The position numbers and the translations under genes were made by a program. Under the pieces are notes generated by a model. That model was not told the origin of the DNA, ran no database searches, and saw nothing but the letters and a program-made list of their open reading frames with translations. A stretch of 64,000 bases of DNA, taken from NCBI GenBank assembly GCA_965649765.1, contig OZ287752.1, positions 49,290,001 through 49,354,000 of the forward strand, read 5' to 3'. Source of the DNA: Bispira polyomma. Its lineage: Eukaryota. Positions within the stretch are counted from its first letter, which is position 1, and each line of letters begins with the position of its first letter. Positions 28,201 through 39,582 of this stretch are shown piece after piece.

Positions 28201-31200
28201 CTCACATTGTGGAAAATAAAACCACCTTTTGACCTTTCACATTGGATTGATGGCCTTGAAAATCTTCTTCAGAAGTTTCTTTTTAATAGCCCAGAAACTA
28301 CATGTATATGTGTTAAAGGAAGTTACATTTCCTATAACTGGGGAGTTTCTCGTGTGATGTTTTGTTAAGTTTTCATTACTGCTGATGTAGTGCTAATTGA
28401 TTACACCTTGTCATTCTCATTATGCAGGCGCTGGTGAGTTTTTATGTCAATCCAAGACCTAGAGTCAGTAGTCTGGCTCGCCAGTCCACAGGAGATAGTC
28501 GGGAATCTAGTTCTGAGAGACCAACAGATAAACCTGTGGAAGTTATGGGTAAGATATTCATTACTCCTGCTGAGTACATTAGAGCCCATTTTTGTTGAAA
28601 ATCTTTTGTCTACATAATAGGTTTCGTAGTAATGGGGTTATTTATAGATATCGACAATATTTAGTGTTTGGGTTCTTAAAAGTGAATATCAATGTGCAAC
28701 ATATAGTACATCTTAATGTCGTAAAACAAATGTGTTTTAGTTTTGGCCAGGTTTTGTACAAAAGTTTTATGGTATATTTGAAATTAACCCATTTCCTCAT
28801 CATAATGTAACATCTTTAAAGCTTTTGTTTTTGTAAAATCAACATGTGACAAGTTTTGCCGTTCCTCCTTGCTGTTTTATCAAGTCAGGCTTTTTTGTCT
28901 CAGTTTAACTTTCTCAAACAATGTTACAGTTTCTTGGTTTGTCCCAATATTGATTGATATTGAAAGAATTTTTTATTCGACATTGAAGTTGTGTTAAATT
29001 TGTTGAGGTATATATTTATTTATTTAGGTTGTTGAAATAGATTTGTTTAAACTGAAGAAGTTGTTAATAAGAAGTTGTTTTAACATTATAAGACCATCTA
29101 CGTAGTGACATACTTCAGTATTCAAATGGTATCAAACAGAAAAAAGTGTATCCTGTTTGAAGATAAAGCAGTATCAGTAATAAAGAAAGAAGACTAAGTT
29201 GTAGTTTACAGAAGTACACTTGATAGTATTTTTACATGTCAGCCAATATGCCCTCACTCAGTATAAATAGAGGTAACTTAACTTAGTTAAACAAATACAT
29301 GCCAGAACAGACCAGACCAACTTTACCACACATAAACTGTAAAGTCGGCTGAGGTGATATTAGACAATACAAAACTACACACACATTTACATTTACACAT
29401 GACAATATGATCAGGAAATTACTAGTTTGTAGTTGGTTACTAATACCTGAGACATTATGTGCATGCGTGTGGTTGAGGATGCAACAAGAGAAAACCAAAG
29501 CAAGAAAAAAAATCAGTCTGGGTTAAAGATATCAGTCAAGAATGTTTTTTGCTAGGTTGGACTTAAAGCAATTCAACAGGAATTACTTAAGAATTTGCGT
29601 GGGTTTAAAAATACCTTATTGTTCTGCAAAAGTATTCAAGTAAAGAGAAGACGTGTAGGTTTATAGTAGAAACTAGGAATTTAATAAGAAGACAGCCTAT
29701 AGTTTTGTAGGTATTTATAACTAGAAGTGTAAGTGACATGTCATCTAAACAAATTAAATAAACTTGTTTACAAAAAACTCTTCCCATTAAATTAAACTGA
29801 CATGATACATTGATACTTCTTTCAGATAAGTCTTTTAAAGTCAGAAAGTGATAAACAAATTGCAATGTTACATTTATATCAGAATAGTCTGATAAAGAAC
29901 ATATTGGGCAATACATATATATGTACAATTAGTGAGGTAATTGTGGTGTTCTTATTGAAAACAACTTTGCCAGTGCAAAAAAAAAGAGGCCAATTTGAGA
30001 CTATATGGCCTCAGAGAAAACAGGCTCTGCGTAAATCAATACATGAAGGTCTTTTTCTGTATACACCATGTATGGCTGCAATGCTTACAATCATTGTGAG
30101 CTTCTGACAGCCCAGTATAGACATCTGGTGACTGCAGGGCTTTCTGCTCTACAGTATGATTTGACAGTGTCATGCTAGATCATTACTATGGTTAGACACA
30201 ACTTACACAAGTGATGCCTTATCTTGGAGAGATTGCTCTTTATTGCAAAATACTATATACCAGTAGATGCAGTAATGATATAAAATGCGTAGTCCATATT
30301 TTCAGAGTCCTTGTTTGACCAACTTGATTAAAAAACTATACATTTCCCCCACTCACTGTGAGTGAGCATCATCTGTCTGCACATGAGTAATTCCCAAAAT
30401 CTAAAGTAAACAGGTGCAATGCTTCCTTATTCGCTGTGATCAAATTTAGTCTTCAAAATACTTTGGGTATTGGCTTTATAAGTAAATGGTAACTGGAGGT
30501 ATCATCCCATTAACTTGATTTCTAGACTTCTTACAATGATGCATGTCCACTGGATCCCTGATAGTAGGAATCTGCCTATGTTTTCTTTGTATAGGTCTTT
30601 GACAAATCAGCTGACTTATTTAGCCCCATCTGGGGCCTTAGGGACATATAATCAGATACTATGTGGTTTATTGGCCCAGCCTTATTTCATTGTTGTACAA
30701 CCCACACCTTGAATATACAGCACTGATACATAGAGAACTAAACAGAAATAACTGAACGTTTCCTCCCCTAAATCACAATGAACTGAAGTATTGTTGACTA
30801 ATATCCCTGTTAATTACAGCCATGGGCAAATCTTTGAACTGTGATTAAAGTTGTAATTAGTCTGGAAGAAGTATATACAGTACACTGCATAACCCATTTA
30901 GCCCTGCTTAGGCCCAAAAAGACTTTTTTGTTGTTTAAATAGTCAACAAAAATAATAGGTCCTAAAATTCAACCGGTCACATCTGGAGCGAACACAATTC
31001 TTTAAGATTTGCTATAAAACAAAATATTACCACATTTTGGTCAAATCAGTGCCGTGTATAATTATCCCACATGCAACAATGGTTTTCTGCGAAAATTGAT
31101 GTGGGGCCAATTGTATATAATTCCTTTGACATTAGAAAATTCATAATATAGAAGAAGCAGTGGAGTATAAAACAAAAGGAAAGCGTAAATTGGCGAGAGT

Positions 31201-34200
31201 AAAAAATTCTTCATAAAATCAAATGTTTGTACAATACAAGCTTGGATAATAGAGCTTACATTGTAGTTCTTTTATCTTTTGACAGCGGTTTCCAGCGGGT
31301 ATTACCCTGAGATAGATGACCATACTCCTTCACCCAAGTATACTGGTGGAAAAGGAAAGGGCAAGGGAAAGAGTAGCCGTCCTCATTCAGCGTGAGTAAA
31401 ACTGGGGTCGTCAGATTCAAATAGATCTTGTGTGTAAATATCTCCATAGGGTTTAGAGTATTTACTGGAAATTCTTGTAGCCTTGTAGTAGGCAGTCTGT
31501 TTTATGAAATTAAATTCTATTGGTTTGTATTTCATAACTTACCCACAAAGCCTGTTTGGACACTCCGTTCTTGTTACTACAGTATTTGCACCATCTGGTT
31601 TTGTCATTTTTGTCATCCAAAGTGTTATTGTCGTTTCTGTACATAAATGTTGAGGTAAAATAGTGTGCGAGCCAAGACATATGAATATACAAATCATGCT
31701 TGTTACTGGGCAATAATAGAGATCATGTGCAGAACCTGGGACAGCTAACTTGATGATCAGTGTGTGTAGCTTTTGTGTGTTGTAACTACACTAGATATCT
31801 GCTCCAAAATCATTAAATATACATAACATGACCCTACTTAACTTGATTGTGACTATCAGAAACTTCATTCATTTTTGTCCTTCAAGTCATCTTTAAATTA
31901 ATACTGTTAATAATGGACTAGTTGCAAAAGAAAGTAAAAGATAACCGTGTCCTTATACTTTTATTTAGTGTTACTAATTGACTCGTAGAGGAGCCAGTGT
32001 TCACAATCTATCTCTTGGTGTCTGTACCAGTAACCATGCTTGCTAAATGATTCCTGGAACAAAACTATTACATTAAGTTTCATACATTTTTCAGTTACTG
32101 TCTGGCACTACAATCTAAACTGCTAGCTTTAGTGGTTGCCACTTGCAAGATTTCGCAACATTGGCATAATTGTCATGTATTCAGTGTACATTGAATACAT
32201 ACGTTTGTGGACACAGTTGCTCAATAGTTTTTAAAAATGTACGAGACATAAAGACAGAAATGCTAAAATGTTGCAGAAATGCTGAAATGTAGTTTAATGT
32301 TGACACCTTTTTATATTTGCAGGAGCAGTGAACGGGCGACTCCAGCCAGTGCTTCAGGCAAAGGTAAAGGTGGAGCCCAGAAGAGGAAGCTCTCTCCCCA
32401 GTTAGACCTTGTGTCCAGTGTCCCAGTGTCGTCCTTCTCAGAGGCACTGCCCAGCATGGCCACAGATCTGATTACAGGATCATGTGAACTGTCCCATCCC
32501 GACACACAGCATACGCTCGCCACTGTCAACAGCGATGGTGTCATGTTTGACGCACCTGATCTAGCCGGGATTAAGAGGTCTGAGCGAACTCGAAACCGCA
32601 AGGTGAATTACGCAGCTCTGAACTCTGGTATGTATGCTGATGAGGGAGTGGGAACTAGTCAGTCAGAAACTCAGGAACTTCGAGAGGAACAGTCGGACAC
32701 AAAGACTGGGGACAATAACAACCACAAGATCAAAGTGGGATCCTCTCTGCTAAATAGGGTTGTCTTGATTAAAAACAGTCCAGTGTTAAAGACAAATGCC
32801 ATGACCAATTTGACTGTGGCACCAGTAGAAGGACAAGTCAGCGCCGAGAACAGGTACAATTTTCAGGAAGAAATCGAGATACGACGTCTAAGAAACAAAC
32901 AGAAAAGACGAGGGCTAAATAATACAGAGAAGAAGAAACTAAAGCGGCTTAGGGAAAGATTACGGGTAAAAGTTAAGAATTTGAAAAGGAAAATAGATAA
33001 CTTGAAAAAGAACAATGGCCTTGTTATGAGTCCTAAAAAGATGCTGGTTAAAAATATGAACAAATCAGAGCAGCAAGAGTCTAGTGAAAGCGAAGAAACC
33101 CCAGTGGCTTTGGCAGATACCAGTAAACCTGTGTCACTTCTAGGAAATGCCACTTCTCTCACTAAAGTGGAGCACAATGCCAGTGACTCGTCACAAAGCG
33201 AGATACTAAAGTTAGAACCAAGCCCCGAAGTAAGCCAACCAGTATATACAGCAGAGGTTGCTACATCCTCGGCTGAAGTAGGAGCCACCACCAGTAACAG
33301 CAGTGGTAGCAGAAGTAGTAACGCTGTGACGTCATTGGACAAACGGAAGGAACTGACAGAGAAGCCACAGAGGAGGGAATCCAGTCACCGTATGCCTCTG
33401 AGGAAAGTCATTTTTCCCGTTCTTCATCGCAGTAATCAGCGGGGCCGTATGCAGGTGGGTAACCTGCATTACCACATGTACAGGAGTCGTGAATCCTCCT
33501 GTATTCAGTGTACCACGTGTTCAGACTTTCTGAGTGTGCGCAAGTTCCTAAAGCACATGCACCACCAGAATATGAAGGATGAACTGTGTACAGTGTCATT
33601 ACCGCACAGGCTTGAGATGGCTGTACTAGAGCCCTCAGCAGATCAGTCCTACTGGTGGGGCGAGTTTAAGAAGAAGAGAGCTGGCTTTGAGTGCAGTCCA
33701 GTCCACCCCAAGGTCTCCTCTAGAACGGGGGGCTCTGATGGCAGGAAATCGTCCAGGGATAGCGTCTCTAAAGCCGAGGTAGTGACTAAACTCCCACAAG
33801 GAGGATTAGCAGGGGAGGTGTACTGTGTTAAAGTGGAGCATGCGAGTTCGTGTAGCACCACACAGGGAGTAGTACTGAGTAGTCCCACTGCCAGCAGCCC
33901 AGCAATACATCTGGTCAAAGTGGAGAGTCAAGGCACCACCCACCTCACCACACCCCCTCCTATATCTGTGTTAAACGTCACAGGCAACAACGGTGCCATG
34001 GCAACACCTACCGCAATGGCTGGAACACGCCAGAGTACCCGAGTACGTAAACGCAAACAGCTGCATCCCATAGAGAGTTACGTCTACTCTCAACCCAATA
34101 AATCCTCCCCAGAGGCTCTAACAGAGTCCAAGCGACTCAAGACCGAGGACTGTTTCACTAATACCTCTGACAGTTCAGCCGTAAAGATGGCTATAAGTAC

Positions 34201-34390
34201 ACAAAAACCTGCAGTAACTAACAGAAGTACAGAAAGTAGTGTTGTAGAAAACGCATCTCACCCAACAGGTGAAGCTAGTACGTTACCAAGTACAGAGTGT
34301 GGTGTGGTTCAGTCTGTGTCAGAAACAGATGGAAGTTCAGGTATTGGAGCTGTATCATCAGAGACATGTCAGATGAGTGAAGAGCTGTAG
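16950..34390 (+). CDS. Spliced gene, about 2617 aa uncharacterized nuclear protein with HCF-binding motif, AT-hook, Ski/Sno/Dachshund-like domain and c-Ski SMAD4-binding (SAND-like) zinc module
   Basis: Coding exons 16950-22205, 22597-22762, 27209-27345, 28428-28548, 31286-31391, 32323-34390. All introns are GT-AG with consistent phases (0,1,0,1,2); total 7854 nt. Motifs: LIDHDY (20634-20645), RGRPRK (21102-21119), LPGLMIHGKQCVRL...CSELERDFL...AKSKSCVVVPKVDAQALVSFY, and SSCIQCTTCSDFLSVRKFLKHMH (about 33494-33562). Domain calls are from remembered family patterns, not a search. Confidence 0.8.
25866..27081. mobile_element. Non-autonomous hAT-like DNA transposon, 1216 bp, with internal tandem repeats
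   Basis: Imperfect TIRs CAGTGTGTGAACTTC / GAATTTCGTACACTG; 8-bp TSD ACCTCCTC at 25858-25865 and 27082-27089; GTGGCC/GGCCAC subterminal motifs. Confidence 0.87.
26070..26650. repeat. About 150-bp tandem repeat, 4 copies, inside the hAT-like element
   Basis: gggtcgagttgactgtgaaac... recurs at about 26093, 26240, 26392 and 26542. Confidence 0.85.
32323..34390 (+). CDS. Terminal coding exon of the + strand gene (basic coiled-coil, Ski SMAD4-binding-like Cys/His module)
   Basis: 703-aa ORF entered at phase-2 acceptor tttgcag|G (32322/32323), matching the phase of exon 31286-31391; stop TAG at 34388-34390. Confidence 0.88.
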
Positions 34391-37060
34391 TGTACTATAG
34401 TAAGAGGGAACCAGTGAATATCTGATGTGCTGTAGTAACACACACAGCCTCATATCTGGCTCTCTGGTAGCAGTATGACTATTATAATATAGACGTTGTT
34501 CACCTGTGTACAACTGAGTTACCAGTTTATTCCCCCCCCCCCCCAGATTTTGTGCTACATTTGTGGATATATACACGTTAAGTGTGTTTGTATGAAGCTT
34601 TTAGTAGGCTCTAGCCAGTAACCTATTTGTGGTAACTTTGATTAGAAACATGTGGAGAACTTTTGTAGAAATGTTACCATAAATGTGTGCAGCTGTATGT
34701 ATCATTGTTCAGTGATAGTGGTAAACATTGAATATATATGAAGCTGTGTACTGCAGCAGTTTCATTGTGTATATTAAAAACAAACAAAAAAAAAAAAAAA
34801 AAAGAGGGAAATGTGTGGATTTATAGACAATGTGCTTTAATCACCCCTAATTGAAAAAATGGATAGAGATGCACCATTATGTATTTATATAACAATACAA
34901 GCTATAAATTTGTGTTGAAATTAATTGATAATTTATGAACAGTTAAAATATAGAAAGTTGAAATTTCACTGACTGAAATTACTTTACATTTTATTTGCAA
35001 GAGTCAAAATATGTTTTTTAACTTATAATGGATATTTGGAAACCAGGGAAAAAAAGAAAGAAAAAACTGAAAACAAACCGGACTTTCTTAGTGAAACTCT
35101 GAGATAATAAAAGTAGTGTGATTGAAAAGTGACAACTGGGAAGTGTATACTGTGCAGAGAAGGTTGTCCTACAATGTGGTATTGTAAAGTGTTATCTGTC
35201 ATAGTGTATTGCCTGTATTTCTGGTGTGTAGTGCCATTCAGAGATAACCACCCTCATCACATGGGTGTGCCAGCGACAAACTGACAACGAAGGTTCAGTG
35301 GAGCATTAGGTGTTTCCTTCTTCTATGTTGCTTAGCCATTGTACAGCTTCTCTTCTCTTACTTGTGGTTAATGAACTGCTGACATTTTAAAAACAAGCAA
35401 GTATATAAATGGTGCTACTCCGTTGAAAAATGGCATCTAAGAATTTAGATTAAAAGGGCAATCCCCTGTGCATGCTGAAACACGACCGAGCATTTAAGCA
35501 ATTTTGTAAAGGAACGGTCCAAAAATTACATACAGTCATAGAAGAAACCTCTTCTGAATGTTATTATGACTGGCATTGATTACCTGGAGAAAAATATCCC
35601 TGTACATTGTTAATTTATAGTTCTCCTTGGCGTGTTGATATATATGGCGTTGACAGTAGCATTTAAAAACAGATTTTTGTTGCGTGTAAATAACTTTGGG
35701 TTCTTCAACAGTATTGGTGCTTTTTTCCCCTCTGGTCTTATTTATTTTTGTTTAGTTTTTGTCTTTACATGAACAGTTGCGAATTTCTTAATACTTTTCA
35801 TTCCCGTGTGATACGTAGTTCTTTAATAATTAAAGACGTGGCGAAATGAAAGAAGAAAAGGCAGGCGACAGAAGTAATGAAATGTAGTGGTATTCATGGG
35901 TTTATATGATTTTCCTTGTGTGTGTGTCGGTGCACCTTTTTGTTGAGCTTCAGCTTCTTAGGTGTGTAGTCGTAATTATCATCTGGAGCTTGTTGTACTA
36001 CTAGCATTTAAAAAGGAGAAGAAAATGTTTTTAAAAAAAAATAATAACAGTAGTGATCTGCAGCTGAATGTTGTATCTATACCACATAATATACATAAAA
36101 TACAGACAGTTAAAGTCCAGTGGAATCCCGATTATCCGAGCAGCTTGAAAGATTGATAGCGTGGTCAGATAATAGAAAGTTAGTAAAAGCTTAACAAAAT
36201 TAAAGATAAAGTTTTGTTCAGAGTAATAGGAAGCAAAATATGTGGAAAATAAATCTGGCTTCGATGTTTAAAATCAAATAACAAGAAGTTGAGACGTTAA
36301 AGGATCTGCTGTGTTATTGAGTTATTCAAATGATAGCTGTTTTAATATGTATAGTGTTTGGGTCAGGTTTGTAGGTTTATCTTTGTATTAGTATATCCTT
36401 ACATATCCAGGATGTTAATATAGTAATATATTCAGTTGTTACGTTAATAATGGCGAGAATATATTGCCCAAGGACCTAAGGTGTTGCATAAATTCAGCCA
36501 TATAACAGTCATTTGCTCTCATCATTATTTCCCTAAATAAGAAGTTTCAAAGTTCTCTTTTACAGTTTCTCTTGTTATATCGGGTATGGCATAGGTCTTT
36601 TGCTTTGTTGTACACATATTGCCATTTGAAATGTATAGTACTACAGATCCTTGTGTTCATTTTAAGGGATTTCCCTGGGGTTACGTCTGTGTATTTGGGT
36701 AAGCAGACTCTTCACTTTGATAGTGAGTCTTCTCCGGTATGCCCTACATAACTCTGGGTGGAGGGGGGGGGGGGGGGGTAAACTTAACGAACAGTACATG
36801 CATTTCTGCGTGAAGATATGTTCATCGTTTCTGCTTTTTCATGTCCATTTCTTCAATGAACATCTATGTGTAAGTTTTGCTTTATATGTTGAAAAACAAT
36901 GCGAGATGTTGTACAGTTGTAAAGTAATTGTTCTGTAAGATATCTGTACATAGTTAATTTTATTATTTTGTGTTATATCTTGTCTCTTTTTCTTTGTTAA
37001 AAATGCAGGCAGTTGTATTTGAAATGGAACCTACACTATACAGGCTCCTTTTGTTGAATT

Positions 37061-37066
37061 AATAAA
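37061..37066 (+). promoter_or_regulatory. Candidate polyadenylation signal of the + strand gene
   Basis: AATAAA followed about 15 nt later by a GT/T-rich tract; would imply a 3' UTR of about 2.7 kb. Confidence 0.4.
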
Positions 37067-38597
37067 TACTGTAAAGTGACTTTGGGTTTGTTCTTTTCAT
37101 ATGTTACCTTCCTTAATCTGCTTTAGGCTGTGACTTGCTATGGCTTGATATATGGACCTTTTGTTATCCAGTTAACCATGGAATACAATAATAGTGTCAC
37201 CATACAACTATGGCCTTGTGTATGTGTCCTAACCACTGGTGACAGCACAATTGACTTTATAATGCAAGAGGTTTCCTGTAAAAACCATATTTTCTGTATT
37301 AATTGTCCGCGAGGCATTGTATTTGTCCAAAAGGGGGACCAGTATTAAATGGGTTCTGGTGGGGGTAAAGGTGTCCTGTGTAACTAAAAATAAGTTAAAA
37401 TAACCAAGCTGCATTTATAATATCTCTGGCTTAAGATGGTTGCAGTGCTACATTATAATGAAAGAAATACTTTTTTAGAACAGAAAAGACAGCACGTGTA
37501 TAAGGTGTGTGTAGTTTTACGTTCCTGTATAAATCATTCAGTGGATCCATAAGACCAAACCTATTAACCTGGCAGAGAATATCTGAACACATTCATTGAC
37601 TTAGTCTTGTAATTCGGGAGTACTTTTTACTTTGCAAACCATGGAAGTTAGGTAAATACATTAAGTTTCCATTATGAATAAATGCAGTCCAGTTGGATTA
37701 ACAAAAGGTCTCCAGACAAAATACACTTGATATTCACAGGCTTTAAAAACAGTTGGATAGGTGTAAATGTGGCAGGGTTGCAGTGATGTAGTATGTATGT
37801 CCAGAAGATAAACTTGTGAAGTCTTCAAACCAGTTGCATGAAATTAACACTCCAGAAATCTGGAAAGGACACGTTTTTGCTTTCATTGTTGCAACATCAT
37901 GGGATTACTTGACTTTGGGTTTTAAGTCGCTTTCAACACGGCCACACCATAAATCTTTGACAACATGAACTTCAGGGAAGTTCCTTTGGCTAAATAAACC
38001 ACTTTGAACGTCTTTGAACACAGCAAATCTTTCGTACAGTAAAATTGGGAATTAGTTGACCATTTAAGTTCACAAACTGTTTTGGTCTATGTTTAATGTC
38101 CACTCAAGTGCAGTAGGGAGTTGCTAATCATGAAATGTGTATTCAGAAGGGGATACAGTCTGAAGTGTTTCCAAGGTATGGCGGTCTTAACAGAAAAGAT
38201 TTAAATATGAACAGACAACTTCTTCAATTTGTCTCTATGAACACATACTAAGTTGTTGTCCCTGTAATGTTATTTCCAAGTAATGTTTCCTTGTATGGGT
38301 TACTTAGCTATTTTATGTCCAAAGGTCTTTTATATCGAGGCTAGTGTTCTGAGTAAACAAGAAGGCAAACTTAAAGGAGTGCTGTGCAGTATTGATTGCA
38401 GATTGCAAAGTACTCCAGCCCACTTTGGTATTGATTTAAGACAATTGATATGCCATGTTCTGGTTCTGGGATCCCAAGAAATCTCTTGTAGCTTTACTAT
38501 ATAGGTAGAATGTTTAATTGTAAAATGGAAAAGAAGGTATAGTTATTCATAAATTTAAAAAAATTGTTCTAGTAGTCGTAACTAAGTGCAAAGTGAA

Positions 38598-38760
38598 TTT
38601 GGATATTTAACGTCCACTCTAGTACCTGTTTAGGTTATACTGAGACGGGTAGTTGGAAACACTGCATACAGTTGATCAAGGTTCTACACGGAAACCAGCG
38701 GCCCACAGTAAGGAACTACCACCTTTCCCACATAGGCATTGACGGGATTCGAACTCACTT
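38598..38760 (-). mobile_element. 5'-truncated copy of the same SINE family
   Basis: Near-identical to 12203-12377; 12-bp TSD GTGCAAAGTGAA at 38586-38597 and 38761-38772. Confidence 0.88.
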
Positions 38761-39218
38761 GTGCAAAGTGAAACATGCTGTACTTTATATACTATTAAAT
38801 TAAAAAAAAAAATTATTTACCCTCCCTCTTTTAGTAGTTTAAATGTTTTTATGCAAAAATGTAACAAGTTGCCATGAAGGAAATCTAATTTGTTTAGGCA
38901 TGTTTACATCAGAAATGTGTTAAAGAATCAGTGTTAAGTGAGGATAGTAATAAAGTTCACTTCACTCAAAATTGACATGATGTGCAATAGCAGAATAATC
39001 TCGAAAGGACATGTTTTTTGCTTTTACTGGTGCAGTTCTGGGTATACTTTGACAACAAAAAAAAGATGCCCATGCGTTTTCCAGGCACTCAGATAGGGAC
39101 TCCAAGAGGACAATTTGAAAAACAGTTTTCTTGCTCGAGGTACTATTTACAGTGGCACGCCTAAAAGACTGGGTGCTCAGAGTCTATGTCTTATTGAATA
39201 GTTACAGGATGGCTGAAT

Positions 39219-39421
39219 TTTTATTGCAATACAATTACTTACCCAGTGAAACTGTGTGCTTACCGGTAGTTCGCCTGCCGGTGACGACCAATCCCTAAGA
39301 GAAAAGGGGTTATTTACCGGTCGCCTCCGACGAGAGTCGGTCCGCCGGGGACCGGTACATCACGTGACCCTGCGCGAGAAGCTGCGCAAAGACCATTCTA
39401 TTACTGGTCGCCATTTTTGAA
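39219..39421 (+). repeat. DIRS left inverted terminal repeat
   Basis: 39236-39390 is the exact reverse complement of 46031-46185 (155 bp); imperfect match continues to about 39421. Confidence 0.93.
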
Positions 39422-39582
39422 GCATCGTGTTTCGGATTTCGAACTGTTAATTGAATTTTCTTTGGAACTGTCACAGGTTTTAAGAAACTTTTTCAACATG
39501 GAGTTGGCTCTTTGGTTGTGGATTATGTTGGATAGGGTTTTGCAGAGCTGTCAGCTCTGGCCTTATCTTCCTGGGATATAAG

